Source: a virus (Duplodnaviria > Caudoviricetes). From it: a DNA stretch of 46,875 nucleotides. The DNA lies in IMG/VR virus record IMGVR_UViG_3300023214_000244, positions 1-46,875 of that record. One strand, given 5' to 3'. The position numbers and the translations under genes were made by a program. A model generated the notes under the pieces. That model was not told where the DNA came from. It ran no database searches and worked only from the letters and a program-made list of their open reading frames with translations. Within the stretch, counting starts at the first letter, position 1. Each line of letters opens with the position of its first letter. This document shows, in pieces, positions 17,918 to 29,033 of this stretch.

Positions 17918-19410
17918 GCGGGAGCTACCACAAGGTCGGGTCGACGCTGCGGCGCTACATCCTGCAGTTCTCTGCCGGGTCGGCCGAGACCGGCCTGACG
18001 GACGGCGACTTCACCAAGGAGCTGGCGAAGAACGACACCGGCAACCAGAGCACTACGGGAATCACGATCAGCGAGGTGGACGCCACCAACAATCCTGGCC
18101 TCTACGAGGTCGAGGTGTCGGGGACCACCGGCTTTGTGAGCGCTACCGGGACCTATGGGCTGTTGATCTACAAGACCGCTGATGGCCGCGACAACGGGCA
18201 CCGCCTGGGCGTGGTGGTGACCAATGACGGCACGGGGTCCGGATCGTGGGGCGATGCGTCCTTCACGGCCACGGCCAGCGATGGGCGGGTCACGGACGGC
18301 AGCAATGCGGTCGAGGGCGCCACGGTGCGGATCTTCGATCCGGATGGCAATCTGTGGCTGAAGACCACCACGGATGCGTCGGGGTTGTGGGGGCCGGTCT
18401 ACTTCGAGCAGAATGGGACCTATGACATCCGGGTGGCCAAGTCGGGCTACAGCGTGGGCAACGACACCTTGGCCATTGCTGGGTCGACGGCGACGGGGCC
18501 TGGTGCGGACATCACGGTGACGCTGGCGACCAGCAGCACGGGACTGGCCTTTTCGACGCTGAAGGCCTACGCTCAGCGGCAGTTTTTGGACCATCAGGGC
18601 ACCAAGGCCGATACGATCTACGAGGAGTCGGTGAACGATGCGCTGGCCATGATCTCGATGGAGAAGAATTGGCCCTGGTATCGTCGCGTGGGGACCGTGG
18701 ATCTGGAGGCGCCCTATGAAACCGGGACCCTCAGCATCACGACGGACACCAAGACGGTCACCCTGAGCGGCGGGACCTGGCCTGGCTGGGCGGCGTCGGG
18801 GACGTTGGTGATCAGCGGGCAGCTCTACGACGTGGCGACCAGAGACAGCGATACCCAGCTGACGCTGACCCACACCTGGGCGCATGCCACCATCAGCGGC
18901 GACAGCTACAAGCTGGTGCAGTATAAATACGACCTGCCCGACGAGGCGATCCAGGTGGACAATCTCTTCTTCGGGAACAGCTGGCCGTGGGGGAAGAATC
19001 CGGTGGACCGGGCGACGCTGGAGTCGCTGATCGACAGCAATCAGACGGGTCAGGCCGGGGCGAACACCTGGGCTATCGGCAAGGGCGAGCTGTTGCTGTG
19101 GCCGTATCCCAGCGAGGCACGGCAGGTGCGGGTGCTCTACTGGAAGCGGCCGGCCACCCTGGTCAATGACAGCGATGAGGCCGATTGGGATCCGCAGCAC
19201 CTGCAGCTCTTGCGTCGGGCAATCGATTACCAGGTGGCCCTGCGCGGGGAGACGGTCATGGGGTCGACCGAGCGGGCGCTGAACGTCTACCGGGTGGCCT
19301 TGGCCAACGCCATGCCGCGGGACAAGACTCCGGATACTTTCAACCCGCAGGCGCGGGACTTCGATGTCTACAACATCGATATTGCTAATAGAACGATTCA
19401 GACGAGCTGA
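17914..19410 (+). CDS. Head-tail adaptor-like virion protein with N-terminal Ig/carboxypeptidase-regulatory-like domain
   Basis: VEGATVRI..TTTDASG..Y.I.VAKSGY domain; adaptor-like VNDAL...W.W and LLLWPYP...VRVLYWKRPATL. Confidence 0.65.
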   Translation: MSGSYHKVGSTLRRYILQFSAGSAETGLTDGDFTKELAKNDTGNQSTTGITISEVDATNNPGLYEVEVSGTTGFVSATGTYGLLIYKTADGRDNGHRLGVVVTNDGTGSGSWGDASFTATASDGRVTDGSNAVEGATVRIFDPDGNLWLKTTTDASGLWGPVYFEQNGTYDIRVAKSGYSVGNDTLAIAGSTATGPGADITVTLATSSTGLAFSTLKAYAQRQFLDHQGTKADTIYEESVNDALAMISMEKNWPWYRRVGTVDLEAPYETGTLSITTDTKTVTLSGGTWPGWAASGTLVISGQLYDVATRDSDTQLTLTHTWAHATISGDSYKLVQYKYDLPDEAIQVDNLFFGNSWPWGKNPVDRATLESLIDSNQTGQAGANTWAIGKGELLLWPYPSEARQVRVLYWKRPATLVNDSDEADWDPQHLQLLRRAIDYQVALRGETVMGSTERALNVYRVALANAMPRDKTPDTFNPQARDFDVYNIDIANRTIQTS

Positions 19411-19640
19411 TGCGTAACTGGGATGGACTGCGACAGGACCTGGCCGATACGGGTGGTGATCACTTCACCGACCTGCGCGGGGTGTCGTGGCTGGTGGAAG
19501 GCGAGTTGCGCCGCCGTCCTGGGATGACCTACCTGACGGACACCGGCGGGGTGGCCCTGATCAGCTACCGGGCGCTAGATGGAACCGCCTTTGTGGTGGT
19601 GATCGACTCTGGCGGCAGCGTCGAGGAGGTGTCGCTATGA
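19410..19640 (+). CDS. Small virion-associated protein
   Basis: Coupled ORF; GELRRRPG resembles the N-terminus of nozzle/stabilisation proteins. Confidence 0.5.
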   Translation: MRNWDGLRQDLADTGGDHFTDLRGVSWLVEGELRRRPGMTYLTDTGGVALISYRALDGTAFVVVIDSGGSVEEVSL

Positions 19641-21685
19641 CCCTCGGCACCATCGACGTGACCCAGAATCCGCTGCTGTCGGTCATCTCGCCGAGGCTCT
19701 ACATCAGCAACGACCGGGATCCGCACAAGACCTGGAACGGCGTTTGGTCGACCTTTGAGAGCGCCGGCATCACGGCGCCCTCGGACACGATCGGGTCGCC
19801 GTCGACGGCGGCTGGTAACGTGACCGTGGGCGACCACCTGGTGCGGTACCGTTACCGGGACAGCACCAGTCCGCAGGGGCGCTATCGAAGCAACCCTTCC
19901 GGCGCCCTGACGGTGACCGTGAGCAGCTCGGCCAAGAAATTGACCTTTACGGTGACCGATGACGGCGGCGGTGGCGACATCATCCGCAGCGCGGATGCCA
20001 AGGTCGACACCATCGTGCTGGAGATGACCACGGCGGCAGGGACTGTCTACTATGTCGCGGCCGAGGTCGCCAATGATGCCAGCTCGGCCGTGGTGGACAT
20101 CAGCGACACCGATCTGGCCAACCAGGATCTGACCAGCAGCTTTGGCGGTGATTTCGGGCATGAGGTGCCGCCCTTGGGGTCGGTCATGTTCACGGTGCGG
20201 GACTTCGCTTTCGTCTGTGCGCCTTACGTCTGGGACGTGACGGTCGACGTGACCAATGGGTCGGCCACGGTCGACGCCAACGGGGATAGCTTTGCCGATG
20301 GCTGGGATGGGCGGCTGTTTCGCCGCGCTGGAGACAGCGAGAGCTACCTGATCGACGCGGTGACCCAGGGCAGTCCGGATCAGCTGACGCTGGGAAAAGA
20401 CTATGCCGGGGTCACTGGCACGGGTGTGGCGGCCAAGATATTCTCTTCGGATCCGAAGCGGATATTCTGGTCGGAGCAGTTCTATCCTGAGAGCTACAAG
20501 GCGGCCTCGCGGGCGCTGTCGGTCATGCATGATCATGATGACGTGGTGATCGGCGGCACCGATTACCTGGGGGATCCCTGGTTTTTCGGCCGGCGGACGA
20601 TGCAGCGGCACGTCTTCTCGGCCGATCCGTCCGATGGAGAGACGGTGACCGTGGCCGGCAATATGGGGATCTTCAACCAGCGGTGTCTGGTGAAGCCGGA
20701 TCAGGATTCGCTATTCGGGTTCGGCAGCAATGGCGTGTGGGCCGTGCTGGGCGGTCGGCCGCGTTGGATCAGCCGATCGGTTGATCGCCTGTGGCGCAGT
20801 CTGATTGACTACAGCGATGCCGTTAACATCCACGGGGTCTATGACCCGGACAGCCGCAGTCTGTTCTGGTTCTTCAAGGAGTCCGGGGTGACGGGCCAGA
20901 AGCGGGCCCTGAAGATGGACCTGAACCGGCGTCGGTGGTCGATCGATGAATGGCGCAATCCCATCCGCAGTTCGTCGCTGCTGGTGGACGGCAATGATCG
21001 GTTGCGGGCGTCGGTGTCTGATTCGACCAACGACCAGAGCTATTACCTCAGCGGCGAGAATGACGGCGTGCCGTCCAGCTCGACCGGCAGCTATACGGCT
21101 GACGCCGGAAGCAGCACCACGGTGACGCAGGTCACCGACAGCCTACCGACCGGCGGGGCCGGCAGCGATTTGCGTCAGCTGGTGATCTATCGCCCTGAGA
21201 CCGACGAGGCGAAGGTGATCAGCAGCAATACGGCCGATGCCATCACGCACGCCGCATTCAGCACGGCGGTGGCGGCTGGCGAGTCGATCTATGTCGGGAG
21301 CATTCCGACCGTGGTCGAATCGTCCTGGTGGGTCGGGCGTAGCCAGGCGATGGACAAGCGGCCGAGTTACCTGCTGTTACTGATCGAACCCAGCTCGACG
21401 GTGTCGACCTTCAAGGTTCGTTTGTACAAGGAGTTCAGCTCCTCGGCCCACACCTGGACGCGCAGCAGTGGATACACGTCACCGGACGGCATCAGCTGGA
21501 ACGACGGAGACACCTTCGCGACCCTCGAAATGGACCATCCTGGAGGACTGCTATCGGTGCCGTTGCCGGCCGATTGGGGCAAGGCCATCCGGTTCAAAAT
21601 TGAAGTGAACGATCCGGCGGGGACGTTCAAGTTGTTGGACTATGCCTGGTCGAACAGCGAGAAGTGGCCGGGGGTGGGCGAATGA
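19637..21685 (+). CDS. Tail nozzle / packaged-DNA stabilisation protein (beta-propeller type)
   Basis: ~680 aa, beta-rich, RIFWSE..YPE motif; position after adaptor. Confidence 0.6.
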   Translation: MTLGTIDVTQNPLLSVISPRLYISNDRDPHKTWNGVWSTFESAGITAPSDTIGSPSTAAGNVTVGDHLVRYRYRDSTSPQGRYRSNPSGALTVTVSSSAKKLTFTVTDDGGGGDIIRSADAKVDTIVLEMTTAAGTVYYVAAEVANDASSAVVDISDTDLANQDLTSSFGGDFGHEVPPLGSVMFTVRDFAFVCAPYVWDVTVDVTNGSATVDANGDSFADGWDGRLFRRAGDSESYLIDAVTQGSPDQLTLGKDYAGVTGTGVAAKIFSSDPKRIFWSEQFYPESYKAASRALSVMHDHDDVVIGGTDYLGDPWFFGRRTMQRHVFSADPSDGETVTVAGNMGIFNQRCLVKPDQDSLFGFGSNGVWAVLGGRPRWISRSVDRLWRSLIDYSDAVNIHGVYDPDSRSLFWFFKESGVTGQKRALKMDLNRRRWSIDEWRNPIRSSSLLVDGNDRLRASVSDSTNDQSYYLSGENDGVPSSSTGSYTADAGSSTTVTQVTDSLPTGGAGSDLRQLVIYRPETDEAKVISSNTADAITHAAFSTAVAAGESIYVGSIPTVVESSWWVGRSQAMDKRPSYLLLLIEPSSTVSTFKVRLYKEFSSSAHTWTRSSGYTSPDGISWNDGDTFATLEMDHPGGLLSVPLPADWGKAIRFKIEVNDPAGTFKLLDYAWSNSEKWPGVGE

Positions 21686-23064
21686 GTGGGATTCGCGCCT
21701 CAGCCTTCAATCTGTACTCCAACGATCGGGAGGACCAGCTGAGGCAGGAGGACATCAGCCAGGCAATCATGGACACCCTGGGGGATATGCAGTATGCGTA
21801 TTCCATCTTGCGCGGTGACGTGGAGCGACTGGCGCACCGGGTAACGCCAGACGTGTCGGGCTTTCTGACCTCCGATGACATCAGCGACTTTGTCACGCAG
21901 GACGATACCGATTCCTTGTATCAGTCCGAGGACGTGACGCTGACGGCCTTGGCCGGTGTGGCGACTTCCGCCGATGAGGTGATCTATGCGACGGGGTCTG
22001 ACGCCTTTGCTACCACTTCGTTGACCACATTCGGCAGGTCGTTGATCGATGACGCCAGCGCCTCGGATGCCAGGACCACCTTGGGACTGGGGCTGCTGGC
22101 CGTCAAGGATTCCATCAACAATGATGACTGGTCAGGAACCGATCTGGCAGTAGCCAACGGCGGAACCGGGGCATCGGTGGCCAGCAGCGCACGGGCGAAC
22201 CTGGGACTGGCCTTCGACGATGACGTGCATTTTGCAGATGGGGAGTTCGACAACATCACCTCGATCAGGTGCGAGGTGGACGTTCTGGACGATTCCAGCG
22301 CTCCGCTTTTGGGAGGACACTTCCGATTCGATGATTCGGCCAACGAGTTTCCGTTTCTGGCTTACAATGCCGTTGATGACTTTGTCGTTGTTGGACGTGA
22401 GGATAACGTCATCAGCGGGCTGTTTATCGACTTCAATGCGACGGGGTACAGCGCGGCGTCTTCCGCTGGCGACTCGGTGACGGATGATGGCTTTCTGTTT
22501 CGCGACGACACCACCCTGGCGTTCAGCATCATGTCTGGCGGGACGGAGATTACGCGGCTGGATGAAGACAGCCTGATTATCGGCAATGATGAGAATACCA
22601 TTTTTGACTGGGGGTCGAATGTCCTGGCCCTTACCAGAAAAGCCTCGGGCGGCGGCAAACTGTCTTTTGATACGACTGATTTATCCATCACCCTTGCCGA
22701 GTATGACTCTGGCAGTCAGAGCTTTGACGACCGTCTGCTGATCCGGTATGATACGTCTGCCAACACTGTGGAGTTCGACCAGTCCGAGGGCAGTGGGCAG
22801 ATACACTTCCGAACCCGGGACAAGATCGAGTTTTTTAGCGGGATCAACGGCACCAATGAAGAGATGCAGATCACCGATGCCGGCGTCATTATTTGGGGCC
22901 CCGCCAGCCTTTGCGCTGACGGCACGTCCGAGACGCTCAAGTTCTTTAATGATGGCGGGTCTACCCAGCAAGACATAACGGGATCCACTGGCGGTAACGC
23001 GGCGCTGCAAAACCTCCTGGCGGCCCTGGACAATTACGGCCTCATCACGGATTCGACTACCTAA
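21682..23064 (+). CDS. Tail fibre/spike protein
   Basis: LTALAG..LTTFGRSLIDDASASDARTTLGL and LAVANGGTGAS...ARANLGL fibre motifs; C-terminal ITGSTGGNAALQNLLAALDNYGLITDSTT. Confidence 0.75.
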   Translation: MSGIRASAFNLYSNDREDQLRQEDISQAIMDTLGDMQYAYSILRGDVERLAHRVTPDVSGFLTSDDISDFVTQDDTDSLYQSEDVTLTALAGVATSADEVIYATGSDAFATTSLTTFGRSLIDDASASDARTTLGLGLLAVKDSINNDDWSGTDLAVANGGTGASVASSARANLGLAFDDDVHFADGEFDNITSIRCEVDVLDDSSAPLLGGHFRFDDSANEFPFLAYNAVDDFVVVGREDNVISGLFIDFNATGYSAASSAGDSVTDDGFLFRDDTTLAFSIMSGGTEITRLDEDSLIIGNDENTIFDWGSNVLALTRKASGGGKLSFDTTDLSITLAEYDSGSQSFDDRLLIRYDTSANTVEFDQSEGSGQIHFRTRDKIEFFSGINGTNEEMQITDAGVIIWGPASLCADGTSETLKFFNDGGSTQQDITGSTGGNAALQNLLAALDNYGLITDSTT

Positions 23065-23074
23065 GGACACGACC

Positions 23075-24130
23075 ATGGTACGACGAGCAATCGACAATCC
23101 ACCACCCGCACCCAGTCAAAAGTTTGGCGGCGGCGGTGGAGGTGCGCCAGCGCCGCCGGGGCGCCAGCAAATCGGCGGCGGCGCTCAACCTATCCAGGCT
23201 CGCAGCTCTGGGCCGCAGCGCTCACAACAGCAGCCCAATCGTCAGCAGATGTTTGGGCCGCCGTCGCCGACGCCTGCGCCTGCCCAGCCGCAACCACAAC
23301 CGCAGGGTGTTCCGCGTGGCTTCACGCCTGATCAGATCCAGGGTGTGATCAGCGAGCGCGTGGATCCGATTCAGGAGCAGATCCGAAGAGCCCGGCAGGA
23401 GCTTCAGCAGATCCGCGGTCGGGGGGCTGGCGGCATTGGCCTGGATGACTTGCGCTCGGCCGGGTTGGACATGTCAATCAATCGGCAGGACGCGAGGCAG
23501 CAGCTCGCCGACCGGCGCGTGGCCGCGCAGCAGCGGGCCATCAGGGACCTCGAACAGCGCGCCGAGGCGGCCAGACGACAGGGCCAGGAGGATGCGCAGG
23601 TCCGATCTGGTGTGGCCCAGCGTGAGGCCTTGCAAGATCGCATCATCGGAGGTGCCGAGGGGCGCGTGCAGGAGCTGCGCGAGGACCCGACCGATCAGCT
23701 GATCCTGGAGACCCTGCGCGGCCGGATCAGTGGCCAGGATGTCCCGTTTGATGACGCGACGGTCAACGCCCTGTTTTCGCAGGCGAGCGATCAATCGGCG
23801 TCGGCTGCCCAGGCTCAGCAAGGCCGGCTCCGGGGCCGACCGGGGGATGCGTCCTTTGAGTCGGCATCCAGGGAGATCATGGCGAATCGGCAGCTATCCA
23901 ATCAACAGGCTCGGCAGAACATCGGCACCCAGCGGGCGTTGACCAACTTCGACGCGGTGACGCAGGCGTTGGGGCAGGGCGGCGCGTTCAACCAGGCGCG
24001 CAATGCGCAGATCACGGACGCGGAGCGCTTTCTGTCGCAAATGCTGTCGCAGATCACACCCTTTGTGCCGGATGACCCGACCTTTCAGGACTTCCTTGCC
24101 GCAGCCCAGCGGCGTGAAAGAGGTGCGTGA
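23075..24130 (+). CDS. Putative internal virion / DNA-ejection protein
   Basis: Q/A/G-rich helical; podovirus synteny. Confidence 0.55.
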   Translation: MVRRAIDNPPPAPSQKFGGGGGGAPAPPGRQQIGGGAQPIQARSSGPQRSQQQPNRQQMFGPPSPTPAPAQPQPQPQGVPRGFTPDQIQGVISERVDPIQEQIRRARQELQQIRGRGAGGIGLDDLRSAGLDMSINRQDARQQLADRRVAAQQRAIRDLEQRAEAARRQGQEDAQVRSGVAQREALQDRIIGGAEGRVQELREDPTDQLILETLRGRISGQDVPFDDATVNALFSQASDQSASAAQAQQGRLRGRPGDASFESASREIMANRQLSNQQARQNIGTQRALTNFDAVTQALGQGGAFNQARNAQITDAERFLSQMLSQITPFVPDDPTFQDFLAAAQRRERGA

Positions 24131-25482
24131 TGCCTTTACGAGACAAAGACTTTGGTGGCGTGGCCTTGCCGGTCTTCGGGCCCCAACAGGGCATTGTGGA
24201 CCCGCGCAGGCTAGCGGCCGATCAATCGAATCGGGACAGGGAGCGAATGCAGATGCAGCAGGCCCTGGCACTGGCTCAGATGCGGCAGGCTTCTAGCTTG
24301 CAGAACCAGCGGCTATCGGCACGGGAGCGTGTGCAGGGCACGCCCGAGAGCCGGGCGCAGGCCCTGCTCGGAGTACAGGGCGGCACCCAGCGGGACGTGC
24401 AGTCCGATCAGCTGATCAATCAGCAGCTGGTGCAGCGCTTGGTCAATCAAGGTCAGCTGGACGTGACGGATCGGTCGCAGGTCGGCGAGACCAGGCGCAC
24501 CGGAATGCGTCAGGGTGGACTGAGCGAGCGCGAGCAGCTGCGTCAGTCGGGGGCCACGGAGCGGACGGAGCTGACCACCGAGCCGTCGCGGGCGCGGGCG
24601 TCGATCGATACCAGGCGCTTCGAGGCTGGCGAGCTGCCGCAGCTGCAGTTTCGCGGGGACATCATCAATCAGCTGCGGGAAGGCGCGGTCGGTGGCGAGG
24701 GCATCAATTCGGTGCTCAACGATCCCGACTTCAGCCGACAGGCCGTTGGCAGTCTACTGGGATTTCAGCCGAATGACCCGAACGCTGCGCAGGTGCAGGC
24801 CTTGCAGCAGTTGATCCCGTTGGCCCAGGGCGACCCGGCCGTCATGGCGGCGTTGATTCCGGCGCTGATGCAGGCGCAGGGGGTTGGTTCCGAAGTCGCG
24901 CAGCCCCTTGTTGAGCGTGCGGAGCGGGAGCAGCAGGACATCGAGCAGGCGGAGGCCGGCAACGATCGCCTGGTGCAGAGGGTCGAGCAGGATCCGCTGT
25001 TGAGCCCCATGCTCGACACGGCCAGAACTCCCGAAGAGCGCGAGCGCTTGATTCAGGCCCTTCTGGCCGAAAGGATTCAGGGAGTGACGCCTGAGAACCT
25101 TTCGGGCATTGTCGAAGGTGTTGGAGAGTTGACCGATGAAACCTCGCTGTCGGCTGGTGAGTCGATCGCGAGCGCGCTTTTCCCTCCTGCGGCGGTATTC
25201 AACGCGGTGCAAAACAGCAGCGCGGTGACGGGAGCCTCGCGAGAGCAGGTGACGGGGCTGGAGCAGAAGGCCGAGCGATTCCTGCGAGATGCGGCTTTCA
25301 AGAGCCCGCAAGAGGCGGTGCGGGCGCTGGAAACCATCAACGCGGCGATCGATGACAACGAGGGCTTCGGCGGGTCCGCAGAGGCTCAGCAGCTCAAGCT
25401 CAAGCTGCAGGTTTTGACGCAAGAGTTGCTCCAGCAAAGCCAGCCGAGGGCCGCGGCCGGCGCTAGGCGGGCCGGCCGGTAA
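24130..25482 (+). CDS. Putative internal virion / DNA-ejection protein
   Basis: Q/E/A-rich helical; coupled. Confidence 0.55.
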   Translation: MPLRDKDFGGVALPVFGPQQGIVDPRRLAADQSNRDRERMQMQQALALAQMRQASSLQNQRLSARERVQGTPESRAQALLGVQGGTQRDVQSDQLINQQLVQRLVNQGQLDVTDRSQVGETRRTGMRQGGLSEREQLRQSGATERTELTTEPSRARASIDTRRFEAGELPQLQFRGDIINQLREGAVGGEGINSVLNDPDFSRQAVGSLLGFQPNDPNAAQVQALQQLIPLAQGDPAVMAALIPALMQAQGVGSEVAQPLVERAEREQQDIEQAEAGNDRLVQRVEQDPLLSPMLDTARTPEERERLIQALLAERIQGVTPENLSGIVEGVGELTDETSLSAGESIASALFPPAAVFNAVQNSSAVTGASREQVTGLEQKAERFLRDAAFKSPQEAVRALETINAAIDDNEGFGGSAEAQQLKLKLQVLTQELLQQSQPRAAAGARRAGR

Positions 25483-28400
25483 TGGTTCTGCCGGCGCTCG
25501 CTGCCCTGCCTCCGCTGGTCAAGCTGCTGCTTGGGACTGCCGCGGCCGGCACGGCCGTGGGCCTCGGGCGTGCAGCCACGGGCACACAGTTGCCGACCGA
25601 TACGAGCCTGGATGAAGAGGAGCTGGAACGGGAGCGCGGTGCTTTTGGCAGTGTGGTCGACTTCCTGGCGCAGACCTCGCAGCCTGTGCTTAACACCTTT
25701 GGCGGTCGCTTTGGCTCGGCAGGGCGGCAGACGCTGGACTTGCTGGGTCAGGGGGTGGATGCGGTCTTGCCGGGCGATGTGATCCCGAGCTTTGTCAACC
25801 GTTCTGACTTCACCACGCCAACGGAATTGTTGACGGAGCCGTTTGGCGGTCGGCCGGAAGATGTGCCGGCGGTCCCTCGTTTTCTGCTGGACGTGGCCGG
25901 CGAGGTTGTGACTTCGCCGCTGTCGGCCATCAGCTTTGGCGGGGCGGGCGCCGCCACGCGGGTCGGTCGCGGTGTCGGAGCGGCCTCTGAGCTGGCCGAA
26001 GGGGCGACGAGTGCGCAGCTGCGGCAGCGGGCGGGAGCCTTTGGCCGGCAGATCAGCGACGAGGCCGCTGACGAGATCGATTCCGCAGCGCAGCTAGCTG
26101 GGCAGCAGGCGGCCGATCGGGCGCTGCCGCTGGAGCTTGAAAGCCAGCTGACCCGCGCAGCCCGTGACGAGCTGACCGGGACCCAGCGAACGGGTTTCCT
26201 TGGGCGGCTGCTGGGCGGAGCGACCGGGCAGAACGTGGAGCGATTCACCACCAAGAATCCCGAAGGCGCGCAGAAGTTCATCAATGACCTCATCAACCGC
26301 GCCGGGGGTGACGTGGATGAAGTCGGCCAGCTCATCAGTAGCGGCGGGGAGTTTGGCGAGATGTTCCGCCAAGGCGGCATCCGCTTCGGCAATCGTGAGC
26401 TGGTGCGCGAGGGCACCATCGGCCGGGCCCTGGGGCAGATCGGCGAAGGAACCATTGGGCCCGAGCGAACGGCAAAGATTCAGGAAGGGCTGGGGCGTGT
26501 CGGGCGTGGGCTGGCCGGGGCTACGGGGAACCTGTCCAGGCTCCTGCCGACTTCCATCCGCGGACTGGTCCAGCGTGGCGTGGCCAGGGGCAACAACACG
26601 ATCACCAAGCAGACCGAAGAGGTGGCGCGCATCCTGGGCGATGTCGAACCACGGGCGCGTGAGCAGATAGCCGACATTTTTCTGAACGTCGGCAAGCGTA
26701 GCGAGGGCTCGCCCTTCGAGGTGTTGACGGATGTCCAGCCTGTCGAGGCCTTCACCACCGTGGACGACCAAGTGGACTTGCTGATGCGTCGCACGGATGA
26801 GCTGATCCAGAATCAGGGCGTGGCGCTGGAGCTGCCGGCCGACGTGCTGGAGCAAAAGTTTCGGGATATGGCCGAGCTGAATCGCGTGCAGTTCGATCAG
26901 GCCGTCCAAGAAGGAATCTTTGCACCGCCGCAGGTCTACACCAATATCCAGAACGGACAGCAGATTCCACAGGAAGAGCTGTTGAAGGCCTTTACGGGCA
27001 CCAATCGGGTAAAGGATCGCGAGGTCCAGCGGCTGCTGGAACGGGTGGAGACCAAGCGTCAGCAGCTAGGGAAGAACGAGGCCAAGCTGGCCGAGCTGCG
27101 ACGCGCTGGTGGACGGCGTGGCCGGGAGCGAGAGCTGGAGAAGGCCCGGCAGAACATTCTGGAAACTGGCGCTAGTATGGAGGACGCCCTGGAGGCCGCG
27201 CAGGCCGAGCTGTTCGAGACGCAGGCCTTTGGCGACTTTCTGACGGCTGAAGGGTTTCGCCTGACCCCGGTGGACACGGCGCGCATGGCGCCTCCGCTGT
27301 ATCTGCAGCGGGTCTTTACCTTGGGCGAGGAAACGGCCAATGATCTGCAGAAGCTGCGGGGCAGGCCCAACTTTGCCCGCCGACGCAAGATCAGGGATGA
27401 CGAGAAGCTGGCCGACTTCCTCAATCAGGGCGATGTGCAGATCGAGCGGGATCCGCTCAAGATCATGCTTAATCGTGCCCAGCAGCAGGGTCGGGCCGTG
27501 ACGCGAGCCGGCATAGTGCGCAGCATCGTGGGTGACGAGGCCGTGCTGGGTCAGCAAACTGAGGAAGTGGTCTCCACCACGCTGGACAATCTGGCGAAAG
27601 ATTATCCGGATGTGGCGGCGGCCTTGCGTCAGAAGACCGAGCCGCTGCGGCCTCGCGGTCCGATCCTGTCGGCGCTGAACAAGGCGAATAGATTCTGGAA
27701 GCCCGGCGTCCTGTACGGTCTGGGCATTCCCCGGGTGGCGGCGTTCAGCAAGAACCGCGTTGGCGCGATCTTTCAGGAGCTGACGACGCCGGGGACTGAG
27801 GTCAACGTCAGTCGATTGGTGTCGGACCTCAAGGACACCTTCGTCACTGGCATGAACAAAGGCCTGGGCACCAAGATCGGCCGTGATGACCTGGGCAAAG
27901 CCTTGGACTCATTGGACGCGGCCTTCCGGGCTCCCGGCGGCGGGGTCGAGTCGGCCAAGGCCTTCTTGCGCACCAATGTCAAGGACTCGCGACTCGCCCG
28001 GCACCTGAGCGAGGCGATGGACCAGGGCATACTGGACGGCTTCGTGGACACCGAGCAGTTGCTGCGCACCTGGGCCCGAACACCTGGGGCCCGTCGCTGG
28101 CAGGACTTCTTGGATATGCCTTCGGCGATGTTCCAGAACGTCGAGCACCGCATGCGCGTCGGTCAGTTCCTCGACCTCCGCCGGCAAGGGGTGTCGCCCG
28201 AGCGGGCCGGACAGTTGGTGCAGGACGCTTACCTGGATTATACCGTGGCCGGCGTCGGGGACCGCACCTTGCGCGACCTGGTGCCGTTCGTCGCTTTCAT
28301 TACGAGGTCCATCCCTCAGCAGGCTTCGGGACTCGCGCAGCGCGGCGTGTTGCGTCAGTCCTTGGCCAGCGTCTTCTCGCCCGAGGCCGGCGGGCAGGGT

Positions 28401-29033
28401 ACGGTGCTGCCGCCCTTCCTCGCCAACCAGGCTTCGGTGGACCTGGGTATCGATGACGCCGAGGGCAATCCGCTGGTGCTGGGCGGACTGGGCATACCGG
28501 CCGAAACCCTGCGTTTCGTGCCTGCGACCACCAGTCCCTTCGAGCTGGGCAATGTGGCGCGGGACGTGGTGGCCAGCACGCAGCCGTTGGTCAAGACCGG
28601 CTTCACCTTCACCTCGGGCCGGGACCCGTTCTTCGACAGCAAGCCACTGTCCTTCGACCGCACGCCATTCGTGGCGCAGGCCCTTGGGGCCCCTGAGCGC
28701 AGCGAGTTCGGTCGCGCCTTCCAGTTCGGCCGGCAGCTGGGTGTGACCGCCCCGGTCGAGGGCCTCCTGGGTCAGGCGGAGAAGATCGCCGACCCGCGCA
28801 AGGGGCCCGGCGTGAAGCTGCTGAACCTGCTGACCGGCACCAGCGCCGTCAGCGTGGATGAGGACCGAGCTGTGCAGCAGGTGCTGGAAGAGCGGTTGGC
28901 TCGGGATCCGCGGGTGCGCAGCGTCGAAACGCTCTTCGCCACGTCGACGGATCCCGAGACGCAGCGCTTGCTGGAGCAGCTGCAGGCGACGCGGACCCGG
29001 ATCAGGGCTCGTCGTGCATCGTCCGGAGAATGA
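25482..29033 (+). CDS. Large internal virion / DNA-ejection protein
   Basis: 1183 aa, last gene of the morphogenesis operon; DY......R..VPF..F motif of large ejection proteins. Confidence 0.65.
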   Translation: MVLPALAALPPLVKLLLGTAAAGTAVGLGRAATGTQLPTDTSLDEEELERERGAFGSVVDFLAQTSQPVLNTFGGRFGSAGRQTLDLLGQGVDAVLPGDVIPSFVNRSDFTTPTELLTEPFGGRPEDVPAVPRFLLDVAGEVVTSPLSAISFGGAGAATRVGRGVGAASELAEGATSAQLRQRAGAFGRQISDEAADEIDSAAQLAGQQAADRALPLELESQLTRAARDELTGTQRTGFLGRLLGGATGQNVERFTTKNPEGAQKFINDLINRAGGDVDEVGQLISSGGEFGEMFRQGGIRFGNRELVREGTIGRALGQIGEGTIGPERTAKIQEGLGRVGRGLAGATGNLSRLLPTSIRGLVQRGVARGNNTITKQTEEVARILGDVEPRAREQIADIFLNVGKRSEGSPFEVLTDVQPVEAFTTVDDQVDLLMRRTDELIQNQGVALELPADVLEQKFRDMAELNRVQFDQAVQEGIFAPPQVYTNIQNGQQIPQEELLKAFTGTNRVKDREVQRLLERVETKRQQLGKNEAKLAELRRAGGRRGRERELEKARQNILETGASMEDALEAAQAELFETQAFGDFLTAEGFRLTPVDTARMAPPLYLQRVFTLGEETANDLQKLRGRPNFARRRKIRDDEKLADFLNQGDVQIERDPLKIMLNRAQQQGRAVTRAGIVRSIVGDEAVLGQQTEEVVSTTLDNLAKDYPDVAAALRQKTEPLRPRGPILSALNKANRFWKPGVLYGLGIPRVAAFSKNRVGAIFQELTTPGTEVNVSRLVSDLKDTFVTGMNKGLGTKIGRDDLGKALDSLDAAFRAPGGGVESAKAFLRTNVKDSRLARHLSEAMDQGILDGFVDTEQLLRTWARTPGARRWQDFLDMPSAMFQNVEHRMRVGQFLDLRRQGVSPERAGQLVQDAYLDYTVAGVGDRTLRDLVPFVAFITRSIPQQASGLAQRGVLRQSLASVFSPEAGGQGTVLPPFLANQASVDLGIDDAEGNPLVLGGLGIPAETLRFVPATTSPFELGNVARDVVASTQPLVKTGFTFTSGRDPFFDSKPLSFDRTPFVAQALGAPERSEFGRAFQFGRQLGVTAPVEGLLGQAEKIADPRKGPGVKLLNLLTGTSAVSVDEDRAVQQVLEERLARDPRVRSVETLFATSTDPETQRLLEQLQATRTRIRARRASSGE